Assembly: GCA_963729715.1 (NCBI GenBank)
Contig: CAVSPA010000003.1
Span: forward strand, 318,957-382,956
DNA: 64,000 nt
Direction: 5' to 3'
Source: an uncultured delta proteobacterium
GTDB taxonomy: Bacteria; Desulfobacterota; Syntrophia; Syntrophales; UBA2185
Under the pieces are notes generated by a model, which saw only the letters and a program-made list of their open reading frames with translations, searched no databases and had not been told where the DNA came from. Below are positions 41,323 through 51,073 of the stretch, one piece after another. Both the position numbers and the translations under genes were made by a program. Numbering within the stretch: the stretch's first letter is position 1; each line of letters begins with the position of its first letter.

Positions 41323-42297
41323 ATGCAGAAAAGCAAGGTCGTCAGTTTGAAAGAAGCAATGCAGGAAATACAGGAAGGTGATTGTCTTGTCATGGGCGGC
41401 GTGGTGGAGGATCGTCGTCCCATCGCCGCTGCCCTGGAACTGATACGGCAGGGCAAGAAAAATCTCATCATGCTCGCGGAGTGTTCTCTTTCGGAGGACA
41501 TGCTCGTTGGCGCTGGCTGCGTCTCGGCGTATCGCGGCACCTACACGGCGATCGGGGCCTTCGGCATCTCTCCTTCCCTGAAGAGAATGTCGGAAGCGGG
41601 CCGCATCGTCATCGATGACATCGGCCACACGGATGTATGTCTGGGCGCGATGGCAGCCATGGCGGGCGCGCCGTTCATCGCATCGAGAACGACATTCGGA
41701 ACGGATGTGCTGAATCCCGCGTATGACAATGTGGCCAAGATAAGGGCATTGGCGAGAAACAAGGAGATGATTCCGGAGAAGAAGTATATTCTCATGGAGG
41801 ATCCTTTCTATGGCCGCGGCACGGTCCAGCTCCATCCCGCCATGAAAGCGGACGTTCTCATCTGCCACGTCCAGTATGCGGGCGAAGAAGGAACGGCCCG
41901 GATCGACGGCAGTCTGGTCTTCGACCATTTTGCCGCCCACGGAGCCGCAAAAGTCATTATTACGGCAGAGCAGGTCGTCCCTGAGGAATATCTCAGGCGC
42001 GATCCCAACCGCAATCAGATCCCCTGCACGAGTGTTGACATGGTCGTTGAGGTCCCCTGGGGCGGTCATCCGGGACAGGTACTCAATTTCTATGACATGG
42101 ATATTCCGTTCCTCATGGATTATGTCGGAAAAGCGAAAACGGAAGCGGGATTTCAAGAATGGGCCGATTCCTGGGTTTATGGGCTGAAAGGCCACGACGA
42201 TTACCTGAATAAGCTGGGCGCTTCACGCCTGGAAAAGTTGCGGGCCATACCGCCGTTCGGCTATCGTCCAAGACCGAAAGGAGGGACACGATCATGA
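41323..42297 (+). CDS. Class I CoA-transferase alpha subunit (GctA-like), copy 2
   Basis: Paralog of the preceding gene. Confidence 0.88.
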   Translation: MQKSKVVSLKEAMQEIQEGDCLVMGGVVEDRRPIAAALELIRQGKKNLIMLAECSLSEDMLVGAGCVSAYRGTYTAIGAFGISPSLKRMSEAGRIVIDDIGHTDVCLGAMAAMAGAPFIASRTTFGTDVLNPAYDNVAKIRALARNKEMIPEKKYILMEDPFYGRGTVQLHPAMKADVLICHVQYAGEEGTARIDGSLVFDHFAAHGAAKVIITAEQVVPEEYLRRDPNRNQIPCTSVDMVVEVPWGGHPGQVLNFYDMDIPFLMDYVGKAKTEAGFQEWADSWVYGLKGHDDYLNKLGASRLEKLRAIPPFGYRPRPKGGTRS

Positions 42298-43100
42298 CAG
42301 AACAATACGCAAAAGCGCAAGACTACAAGCCGACGGAGGCAATGGTTATTTACGGCGCACGGATGCTAAGCGAATTCAACGGCAAGACCGGGATCATCGG
42401 GATTGGAGCGCCGCTTCTCGCTACACACCTGGCAAAGATACTTTATGCGCCGGATATGAAGATGATCGTGGAAACGGGTCAGGCGGATGCCGACCCGATC
42501 GAGGTACCGCTCTCCATTATGGACAGTCGCCTAACCTATGGTTCGTCCTGGCAGATGGGCGACCCGGAAGGCCTCTTCCCACTTATGCGGGGAGAAATCG
42601 ATTTCGGTTTCATCGGGGGGGCGCAGATCGACAAATACGGCAGCCTGAACTCGACCTTTATCGGCACCGACTACAACAAGCCGACGAAGAGACTGGCTGG
42701 CACGGCAGGCGCAGTAGATATCGGCGGCTTCGCCAAGGCGACAATTATTACCATGGCTCACCAGAAGCGCCGGTTGTTGGAAAAGGTGGATTATCTCACT
42801 ACGCCGGGCTGGATGGTGAAGAAATGGCCGGAAGGCAAGATGGTCAGAAGGGAAGAGATTGGTCTCCCCGGAGGGCCTATCGCTTTTATTTCCTCGATGG
42901 GGATTATGAGATTCGATGCGAAAACGAAGGTCATGTATGTGGAAAAATATTTCCAGGGGGTAACGCCCGAGGCGATCAAGGAGAACACGGGCTTTGATAT
43001 CGATATCTCCCGTGCTACGGAGGCAGACCCCTTACTCCTGGAGGAATTGAAGGTCCTGAGGGAAAAGTGCGATCCCTTGAACATATACCGCACACGCTAA
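42294..43100 (+). CDS. Class I CoA-transferase beta subunit (GctB-like)
   Basis: GIGAP, VETG (catalytic Glu position), GGAQIDKYGSLNST. Confidence 0.9.
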   Translation: MTEQYAKAQDYKPTEAMVIYGARMLSEFNGKTGIIGIGAPLLATHLAKILYAPDMKMIVETGQADADPIEVPLSIMDSRLTYGSSWQMGDPEGLFPLMRGEIDFGFIGGAQIDKYGSLNSTFIGTDYNKPTKRLAGTAGAVDIGGFAKATIITMAHQKRRLLEKVDYLTTPGWMVKKWPEGKMVRREEIGLPGGPIAFISSMGIMRFDAKTKVMYVEKYFQGVTPEAIKENTGFDIDISRATEADPLLLEELKVLREKCDPLNIYRTR

Positions 43101-43259
43101 GCGGCAGAGAAGCACGGAGATAGAGAGACACGGGGCCGGGCGTGGGCGACACAGCGCGACCCGCGCGCGGCCCACGCTCATGGGGCGGAGTAGAAGCCAT
43201 TTGCTTCTCTATCCAAGAAACATATAATCAGCTAATAAATAATTTCCACTGGAGGACAT

Positions 43260-43898
43260 ATGCCGGCGGTACGTGAAAAGATCAAGAAAGGGTCGGGCAG
43301 ATTGCTTGTAAGGCCTTTGCCTGTCGGGGGCGTGAAGATCAGAGAGGCCTTCAAAGCGCTCTTGGAAGAAAAGGAATTCAATGCGATTACGACTGCGCAG
43401 ATATCCAGAAAATCCGGCGTCAACGAAGCCCTCATCTACAAGTATTTTGGCGACAAGCGAGGGCTCTTGCATCAGGTCCTCCGGGACTATCTCGATGAAT
43501 ATCTCGGGGTGATGGAATCGGAGCTGAAAGGGATCAAGGGCACCTTCAATAGATTGAAAAAGATCGTCTGGTCCCAGATGAACCTCTATGAGACGAAACG
43601 GGTGCTCGCTAAAATTCTCCTTCTCGAAGTGAGAAATTACCCGGGTTATTTTGAAAGTGAAAGTTACGGTCAGGTGCAGAGGTACAGCGGAATCGTAACG
43701 GAGGTTCTGAAGGAGGGGATAAAGAATGGTGAAATCCGCAGCGACATACCGGTCACGTCCATGAGACAGGTGATACTGGGCGGCGTAGAGCACCTATGCC
43801 TGCCAAAGATCATCTACGGGAAGCCGTATTCTGCCAAGGAGCTCACGAAGGAATTATGTATGGCCGTATTTCAGGGGATAGCAAAACGTTCATCGTAA
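43260..43898 (+). CDS. TetR/AcrR family regulator
   Basis: ITTAQISRKSGVNEALIYKYFGDK. Confidence 0.93.
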   Translation: MPAVREKIKKGSGRLLVRPLPVGGVKIREAFKALLEEKEFNAITTAQISRKSGVNEALIYKYFGDKRGLLHQVLRDYLDEYLGVMESELKGIKGTFNRLKKIVWSQMNLYETKRVLAKILLLEVRNYPGYFESESYGQVQRYSGIVTEVLKEGIKNGEIRSDIPVTSMRQVILGGVEHLCLPKIIYGKPYSAKELTKELCMAVFQGIAKRSS

Positions 43899-43961
43899 AG
43901 GAACGAAGAGACAAATTCCTAATGATCGCTCCACACATTTCGCAGAAGGAAATCAGACACA

Positions 43962-44891
43962 ATGAAGAACCGTGTAACCGAACTCTTCAAAATAAAATAT
44001 CCCATCGCTCTGGGGGGAATGGCCGGTGTGACGGATGCCAAACTGGCCGCCGCAGTCAGTGAGGCAGGAGGGCTCGGCACAATTGCCGGTGCCACGGAGT
44101 CCGCCGAAAGCCTCACTACGGAAATCCGCCGTTTAAGGGACATAACGAAGCTTCCCTTTGCGGTAAATATTCCACTCATGGCTCCCCAGGCGAAAGACCT
44201 GATTCAGGTGGTGATTGAAAGCAGGGTTCCCGTCGTAATCACCGCCGCTGGCAGTCCGGCCATCTTCACAGCGGCTCTGAAGCAAGCCGGCAGCCGCGTG
44301 GTGCATGTCATACCTTGTGTAGATGCAGCGAAGAAGGCGGAAGAAGCCGGAGTCGATGCCGTCATTGCCGAGGGTTTCGAATCCGGGGGATTTGCGTCTC
44401 CTTTTGAAATAGGCACCCTTGCGCTGATTCCGCAGGTCGTCGACGCCGTCCGGATACCGGTTCTTGCAGCCGGGGGGGTGGTTGATGCGCGAGGATATGC
44501 GGCCTGCCGCATTCTTGGCGCGGACGGGGTCAGCGTGGGTACGGCTTTTCTGGCTACGGTGGAATGCACTAAAATAGGCAGTGCATGGCGGGAACAGATT
44601 TTAAGTGCAAGGGACGTCTCTACCAAAATCATGGGCCGCGGAATCGCTCCGCTCAGGATGCTTGTAAATCGATGGACGGAAAAATTGGAAACACTTATCT
44701 TAGAGGGCGTGACAAAAAAAGACATCATGAAATTTATTTTTTCAGGCAACCCGCCGAGAAGTGAAGACGGCCCTTTTCCCTGCGGACAGGCGGTAGGCCT
44801 GGTCGGGCGGATTCGGACTGTGAAAGAAGTCATGGAAGATTTTGTCGTCGGCTCCGAAGAACTACTGAAGAGAATGGCAGCGAGCGATTAG
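43962..44891 (+). CDS. Nitronate monooxygenase / FabK-like FMN oxidoreductase
   Basis: YPIALGGM, AVSEAGGLG, AEGFESGG, AAGG. Confidence 0.9.
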   Translation: MKNRVTELFKIKYPIALGGMAGVTDAKLAAAVSEAGGLGTIAGATESAESLTTEIRRLRDITKLPFAVNIPLMAPQAKDLIQVVIESRVPVVITAAGSPAIFTAALKQAGSRVVHVIPCVDAAKKAEEAGVDAVIAEGFESGGFASPFEIGTLALIPQVVDAVRIPVLAAGGVVDARGYAACRILGADGVSVGTAFLATVECTKIGSAWREQILSARDVSTKIMGRGIAPLRMLVNRWTEKLETLILEGVTKKDIMKFIFSGNPPRSEDGPFPCGQAVGLVGRIRTVKEVMEDFVVGSEELLKRMAASD

Positions 44892-45021
44892 ATTCTTATT
44901 CTCGAATAAATCACAATACTGACGAATAGAGTCAGTCCCGCATCTTAGATTTATTAACCATATAGATAAATCTGAACGGTTGAAAACTGACAGAGTGGGA
45001 ACTGATTCTGGCTATTACAAG

Positions 45022-45705
45022 TTAGAATTTTATGATCTTAGAGAAATTGTGATTCCTCGACAAAGATTTCACAATAGCAAGCTTGATCGTCTGGATATGT
45101 GACCGCATAAGCCGCTCGGCTTGGGCGGAGTCCTTCTTCCCGCAGGCAACTAAGATCGCCGCGTGCTGCCCGATGTATGTTTCAAAATTGGGAGAATAGT
45201 TGAAAGACAAGGTCTGATAATGATACGTCCTCCGTCTGAGCATAATGATAAGCTGGCTGAGATTCTCGTTATCCGCCTTATCTCTAAAATAGCCGTGGAA
45301 AAGCGAATTATTCTGGAGCCACGCTTCTATGTTGTTATCCCGGGCGGCTCTAATTAGGTTCTTATGAAATTTGGTCAAGTCGCTGACGTCCTTTTTATTC
45401 ATTTGCCCGACGCTGAGACGCACAGAATATCCTTCCAGCAATTCTCGAATGTTGAATATCTGTTCCACCTGCTTTAGTGTAGGTTTGGAGACCTCGATAC
45501 CCTTATTCCTTTCAAAACTGATTAATCCTTCACTTTCAAGCTGTCTCAGCGCTTCGCGGATAGGGCTGCGACTGGCTTTGTATATATCGGAAAGCTTTTT
45601 TTCTGTCAGCCGCTCTCCAGGCATGAAATGCCCAAACGTGATATCATCTCTCATCGTCTCATATATATCTTGGCGTACAGATCTATCAGCTTTTACGGAA
45701 TTCAT
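45022..45705 (-). CDS. GntR family regulator (FCD domain)
   Basis: PGERLTE, SRSPIREAL..LESEG. Confidence 0.93.
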   Translation of the reverse strand: MNSVKADRSVRQDIYETMRDDITFGHFMPGERLTEKKLSDIYKASRSPIREALRQLESEGLISFERNKGIEVSKPTLKQVEQIFNIRELLEGYSVRLSVGQMNKKDVSDLTKFHKNLIRAARDNNIEAWLQNNSLFHGYFRDKADNENLSQLIIMLRRRTYHYQTLSFNYSPNFETYIGQHAAILVACGKKDSAQAERLMRSHIQTIKLAIVKSLSRNHNFSKIIKF

Positions 45706-46017
45706 CTTCTACCCTTAATGATAAGACCTTCCTTGCCTGCCACGCTTAGAGACTTGGTCACTACTGCCCTCGCATTTTCCCGTAAATTTAGTGCCGTCAA
45801 CTGCCATTTCAGAAAATTCTCTCCGGTTTGAAGCGCAGAAGCATAAACGTGTTATGTTTATCGTGCTTACAACTTAACCAACTGATTTTTTATCATTAAA
45901 TATTAATGACATCAATACCGATTTAAATATGGAAGCAAGCAATCTTTTATTCTAATTAGCTTCGCAGTTTATCTCTATCGTCCAATTCCGATATGAAGAT
46001 ATGTACGGGAACGGAAT

Positions 46018-47415
46018 TTACGGCACCAAACCGAGATATCTCCATAGCGGGACGGACGCAAGAAGGCCGATCAGTGACACGCCCATGAACGCATAGGACA
46101 GACGAGCCATTTGCTTATGCGTCACCATTTCTCCGCCAACGGCGTAGAAAGAAGTTAAGAAAGTTGAATTCTGATAGAATACATTCCATAATTGTGTTGA
46201 TGTCCAAACCGCGAAGCCCGTGACCCATGGGTTAATGCCTGCCCTTACTGCGAAAGGCACGAACAAGACAGTAAAGATAGCCGTCGTTGCCGTAAAGGAA
46301 ACAAGCAAGTAACGAATCGCATAGATTGCAACAGCGAGGACAATGATGAAGAGATATATATTGGAAATCAGGGGGGTGATCACGGGACTACACGCATCTG
46401 CAATCCACTTATCAATTTTCAGCGCCGGAAGAACAGATCCCAAATTAATGATCCCACCTATGAAGATGATATTGTCCCAACCCATACCCGTACGGAAATC
46501 AGGCCGGTCATAGACCCTGCAGCCCAGCAAGACGATAAGTCCCACTAAAGCGATAATTGTAGCATTGATACCGTGAAGCGGCTCAGTCATCCAGCAGAGA
46601 AGAGCTATGACCAGCACTACCGTTGTGATTTTTTCATTTCGATTCATGGGACCGAGCTTTGCTAATTCGCCGGCAGCATAACCTTTTGGGAGGATGTCCT
46701 TTTCTTTCGGCTTGTACAAAAGCCTGATGGCTAAAGACATGAGGACGAGTACTGTAATGGTCCAGATGCCGGCAGATATGAACCAAAAAGTCCAATTGAA
46801 CTGGGCTTGAACGTCAGCAGGCAGTAATCCTCGCAACATATAACAAATAAAGGAAGCGCTTATAAACATCGGCCCGGTTAATATGAAGCCAACATACATG
46901 GCGCCGAATAATCCGGCTGCACCGGAGCTTTTTCGCTTATAGCCCATGGCATCACTGATACCCATGCTGATCGGGGCTACGATGGCTGCTTTCGCCGTCA
47001 TGCTCGGAATCAATGGCGCAATGATGGTACCGGCAGCGATCAGCCCCAGTGTCTGGCCATTAAAAGTAGCTGGGAAAATGTTCATCACCCAAAGAGATAT
47101 ACGCCTGAGTAGACCGCTTCTCGATACAGCTAATCCCATGCCCAGTGCGCCCACAAGCAGCCACCATACAGTACCACTAAAAGTCGCAAATGCCGTTTTG
47201 AATGGAACACATCCAAATAAAGCCCACAGCGTGCACATTGCCATTGCGACCACATATTCAGGCGCAACATCACATATCCAGTAAACAACAGCCCATGTAA
47301 TAATGCCGAGAGCATACATGGCCTGCGGAGTCAGGCCTTGAGGCGGCGCTATAAACGCCACTATTATACCTAATACAATTCCAGATATTCCCCCGATGAT
47401 TTGCTTTTTAGACAT
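46018..47415 (-). CDS. DASS/SLC13-like anion transporter
   Basis: Many TM segments, SGLLRRI, LIPSMTAK. Confidence 0.8.
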   Translation of the reverse strand: MSKKQIIGGISGIVLGIIVAFIAPPQGLTPQAMYALGIITWAVVYWICDVAPEYVVAMAMCTLWALFGCVPFKTAFATFSGTVWWLLVGALGMGLAVSRSGLLRRISLWVMNIFPATFNGQTLGLIAAGTIIAPLIPSMTAKAAIVAPISMGISDAMGYKRKSSGAAGLFGAMYVGFILTGPMFISASFICYMLRGLLPADVQAQFNWTFWFISAGIWTITVLVLMSLAIRLLYKPKEKDILPKGYAAGELAKLGPMNRNEKITTVVLVIALLCWMTEPLHGINATIIALVGLIVLLGCRVYDRPDFRTGMGWDNIIFIGGIINLGSVLPALKIDKWIADACSPVITPLISNIYLFIIVLAVAIYAIRYLLVSFTATTAIFTVLFVPFAVRAGINPWVTGFAVWTSTQLWNVFYQNSTFLTSFYAVGGEMVTHKQMARLSYAFMGVSLIGLLASVPLWRYLGLVP

Positions 47416-47503
47416 GACTCTTTCCTCCGTTATCGTATTTAAGAAACAAATGTTGCGGTTAGTATCTCTGAAAAGTATGATTCGATGCGAAATTTATGCT
47501 TGC

Positions 47504-47538
47504 ATTGTATACAATATTTGTATATAAAAATGTATACT
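47504..47538. promoter_or_regulatory. Three tandem TGTATAC-type GntR operators
   Basis: ATTGTATACAAT perfect palindrome (47504-47515), TTGTATATAA (47518-47527), TGTATACT (47531-47538). Confidence 0.7.
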
Positions 47539-47629
47539 AATGCTGCGCCAAAGTCAATTCAAATTTGCAGGTAATTACGCTTTCAAAAAACATCCGTCTT
47601 CTTAGTTGGAAGGTTACAGTTTATAGGTC

Positions 47630-48469
47630 ATGCGAAAAGTCATCATCACCGCCGCTTTAACAGGCGGCCTGCATAACAAAGAGAATGATCCATATTTGCC
47701 GGTGAAACCGGAAGAGATTGTAAAAGAGGCCGTTGAATGTTGGTGGGCCGGCGCTTCAATTGTTCATATTCATGCCAGGGATGAGCAAGAAAAGGTGACA
47801 GCCGATCCCATTGTATATAAGAAGATTAATCGCGCCATTCGAGATCAATGTGATGTAATCATCAATAATACAACTGGTGTCGGTCCGGGCTTTGCGGCTG
47901 AAGATAGAATAAAGGTTTTGGATGCTCAACCGGATATGGCTTCGTTTAACATGGGTACAATGGTGAGAACAAAATTCAATCCCGGCTCCATATTCCTTAA
48001 TACCCGGTCTCAAATAGAGGCGATTGCCCAAGGTATGCTGGATAGAGGCATTAAACCGGAATTAGAAATCTTCAGCCATCCAATGTTTGTGGAGGCGAAG
48101 AACCTAATCGAAAAGGGATTGGTTAAGAAACCGTATTTCATAAATATTGTTCTGGGCAGCAGTAACCAGGGCGCTATTCCGGCGAGTGTTCACGACGTGC
48201 TCTCGATGCATGACTACTATCTAAAATACATAGGATCTGAGAGCAACTTTGGAATAACCATTATAGGAAAATCACAATTGCACCTAACCACCCTCGGCTG
48301 CATTCTCGGAGGACATATAAGGGTTGGAATGGAAGATAATATTTATCTCGAAAAAGGCGTTTTGGCTAAGAGCAATGCTCAGTTTGTATCCAGGACTGTG
48401 AAATTAATTGAAATGCTGCAAATGGAGCCTGCGACCCCTCATGAAGCAAGGGCTATCATAGGAATCTAA
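47630..48469 (+). CDS. Beta-keto acid cleavage enzyme (BKACE/Kce, DUF849) family
   Basis: IITAALTG, GASIVHIHAR, RVGMEDN, ATPHEAR. Confidence 0.93.
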   Translation: MRKVIITAALTGGLHNKENDPYLPVKPEEIVKEAVECWWAGASIVHIHARDEQEKVTADPIVYKKINRAIRDQCDVIINNTTGVGPGFAAEDRIKVLDAQPDMASFNMGTMVRTKFNPGSIFLNTRSQIEAIAQGMLDRGIKPELEIFSHPMFVEAKNLIEKGLVKKPYFINIVLGSSNQGAIPASVHDVLSMHDYYLKYIGSESNFGITIIGKSQLHLTTLGCILGGHIRVGMEDNIYLEKGVLAKSNAQFVSRTVKLIEMLQMEPATPHEARAIIGI

Positions 48470-48554
48470 TCCGTGTTCTCTTATGAGCATGGAATAGGGG
48501 CTATCATTTTAACTTGTAATAAGAAATGAATTTTTAGAGCAAGGAGATCGAATT

Positions 48555-49166
48555 ATGAAATTAGAGCATCAGATGTCGGTCGTGGATAAGGAAAAGTGTA
48601 CCGGATGTAAAACATGTGTGCAGCTCTGTCCGGTTGCGGCCATAGCACTCGTGAATGATAACGGCAAATCCAAAGCGTTTATTGACGGGAAATACTGTCA
48701 AGCCTGCGGAATCTGCGTATCGCGCTGCCCGGAAGAAGCGATTGGAATGCAATTAAGAAGCTCACCTCTGGAGATAGGCATTGATGCCACAAAGATATCG
48801 GATGAAGAGATGCATATAATCTGTCAGGCTGCACATATGTATCCCGATCAAATTATCTGCTATTGTCGTCGAGTACAGGTGAAAGAAATAGTGGCCGCCA
48901 TTTTAGCCGGAGCAAAAACACCCGAAGATGTTGCCCGAATGACGGGAGCACGGACCGGCTGCGGGGTGCTATGCATAAATGGCGTGATAAGATTACTGCG
49001 GGCTTCCGGTTTGGAGCTTAAGCACGCTGTGGGGAACCAATGGTACGGAAACACAATTTCAATATGGAGTTTGTCGGATGATATAATGAAAAAATTTGAT
49101 AAGGAGTTTTACCTTATTAGAGATCGAAAAGCGATAGATGAAGTTTTTCCGGGAGGTGAACAATGA
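48555..49166 (+). CDS. 2x[4Fe-4S] ferredoxin fused to BFD-like [2Fe-2S] domain
   Basis: CTGCKTCVQLCP, CQACGICVSRCP, ICYC...TGCGVLC. Confidence 0.88.
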   Translation: MKLEHQMSVVDKEKCTGCKTCVQLCPVAAIALVNDNGKSKAFIDGKYCQACGICVSRCPEEAIGMQLRSSPLEIGIDATKISDEEMHIICQAAHMYPDQIICYCRRVQVKEIVAAILAGAKTPEDVARMTGARTGCGVLCINGVIRLLRASGLELKHAVGNQWYGNTISIWSLSDDIMKKFDKEFYLIRDRKAIDEVFPGGEQ

Positions 49167-50599
49167 TAATGAGAAATGCAACTTTTACACCGTCGCCAGT
49201 GCGAAGCACGCCGTATTCTATTGACCCTTCTCTTTTAGGCGAAAGGGCGGCAAGTTTGCCAAATATGACCGGGGTCTTAATCAGCGATCTTTTCCCGGAT
49301 GTTCCCAAAGCAATCTCTCTTAATTCTCCGGAAATTATTCGCAAACAAATACGGAAAGCTACTTTAGACACGTTGGCAAAAGTGGACTTAAGCAAGATTC
49401 AGCCCCAGGACTCGGTTAATATCATGGCATCACACCATGGTTTTAACCTTTATGGGGGTGAAGCCTATGCGGAAATGATCAGGACGATCAGGGACGAAGT
49501 TGAACGCCGCTGCCGCACAAACAATGTCCACCTCATCGTTGGAGCGGGAATGCGCTTCAGGGAAACAGAAGCGCAACTTCAAAGGTATGAACTGGACAAA
49601 TATTTCAAAGGAAAAGCCGCAGGCATGGCGCCGGTGGATCAAGGGATTCCTATCGAAACCGAGATTGGAACTTTTTACGGCGTCAAGCGCGGCTATTCAG
49701 CGCGATGGATAATTCATGCACACCATAGTGATATCAGGGAAATTCATTATCACAGGCTGATGGGCAGGCTCTTCAAGCCGTTCGCCATGTCCTATGCAAC
49801 AATTGAGACTCGATCGATTTATCACCAGAGTATGGGACCACGCGCGGCAAACATCATCCCTCGTATGATTTTTGAGTCGCCTTTTGTTCAAAATAAATTC
49901 GTCTGTTCTGTAATTCTCCAAATAGCGCCGACTGGAATCGTAGGCGTTGATGCCAATAATGATCTGGTGGAGCAGGATAAGCTATTCACCCGGCTCAACC
50001 TGTCCTGGTACGCCAAAATCATTACATTGCTGAGCAGCATTAAAGATGTAATTCTGATCATAGACTATCCCAACTCCATTCCCTATACAACCTCCGGTGG
50101 AATACTGTTTTGCAATCTTCTCAACGCCAATGTAGACGAATTTGATTTGGATGTGCCATTCACTCCGTTCACACGTTACACTGATATGTTATACCCAAGC
50201 GCCAAGCCTTTATATAAAGGAAAATTGTTACCACCCCCTAACCCTGCCATTAAGGCGTTAATCATAAATTATTGCTTCATAGGCTATCCGGGCATCTTCT
50301 TTGCCCAGCAATTACCAACGCTGGTAGTGGGAGCCCAGGCTGACAAATTAAGAAGTTGCGTACAAAACACGACTTTTATGGATTATGCAGTGCAGGTCGA
50401 GAGTTTAAGAAAAGCCGTTGATTTTGCGCGGCGTTTTTCAAGCACCGATCAGATACTGGCTTTCGATGGCGCTCTGGGAGGTCTCAATGTCAGCGATGCA
50501 CTGGCGGAAACGCTATTCAAACAAGCTCCGGATGTGAGCCGGGAGGTTGACGAAGTATTGATGAACAAATGGCTAAAACAACGTGGGTTACTTCAATAG
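49163..50599 (+). CDS. Uncharacterised 478-aa protein (N-part weakly LarA/DUF362-like)
   Basis: Long ORF, GGAGG RBS, 4-bp overlap with the ferredoxin gene; family guess from IQPQDSVNIMASHHG only. Confidence 0.75.
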   Translation: MIMRNATFTPSPVRSTPYSIDPSLLGERAASLPNMTGVLISDLFPDVPKAISLNSPEIIRKQIRKATLDTLAKVDLSKIQPQDSVNIMASHHGFNLYGGEAYAEMIRTIRDEVERRCRTNNVHLIVGAGMRFRETEAQLQRYELDKYFKGKAAGMAPVDQGIPIETEIGTFYGVKRGYSARWIIHAHHSDIREIHYHRLMGRLFKPFAMSYATIETRSIYHQSMGPRAANIIPRMIFESPFVQNKFVCSVILQIAPTGIVGVDANNDLVEQDKLFTRLNLSWYAKIITLLSSIKDVILIIDYPNSIPYTTSGGILFCNLLNANVDEFDLDVPFTPFTRYTDMLYPSAKPLYKGKLLPPPNPAIKALIINYCFIGYPGIFFAQQLPTLVVGAQADKLRSCVQNTTFMDYAVQVESLRKAVDFARRFSSTDQILAFDGALGGLNVSDALAETLFKQAPDVSREVDEVLMNKWLKQRGLLQ

Positions 50600-50643
50600 A
50601 CAAAGCGTCGAACGGTCGAAATCACGTGCGGTTCGCGATTGGC

Positions 50644-50757
50644 TCATCCCTGCGCGTTCTTGCCGTAAGGGTAGCTTTCCTGCCCATCCGAGCCCTGGGC
50701 CATGCAGGAGACGAGTCGCCAAGTGCCGATAATATTGGATGTAATGTCAGTGTTCAT
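50644..50757 (-). pseudogene. Truncated lipocalin-like (Lipocalin_5) gene
   Basis: AAGGAG RBS; MNTDITSNIIGTWRLVS...DG..YPYGKNAQG then stop at codon 38. Confidence 0.6.
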
Positions 50758-51073
50758 GTCGTGACTCCTTGTTAAATTTTGAGATACTCTTCATTGCTCA
50801 CATCTCATAATACTGAGGCTATGCGATAATAGCGACAACAATTTGTGTTATGATGGCGATGTTGCATATATATCTGAAATGGTCAATGGAAGATTACAGA
50901 AAGGAATGGTTATTGATATCCATAGAAAAGCCTTATTCCACAAGTGCATCACTCTAAAATACATATACAAGGTTGAAACCAGATTAAGTCCCGGCCAATT
51001 TCACGACCAATCTTTTTTCCTGCAGTATTGTTTTTTTCATTATTTCCACCCAATGCGATATTTCAATCAGTAA

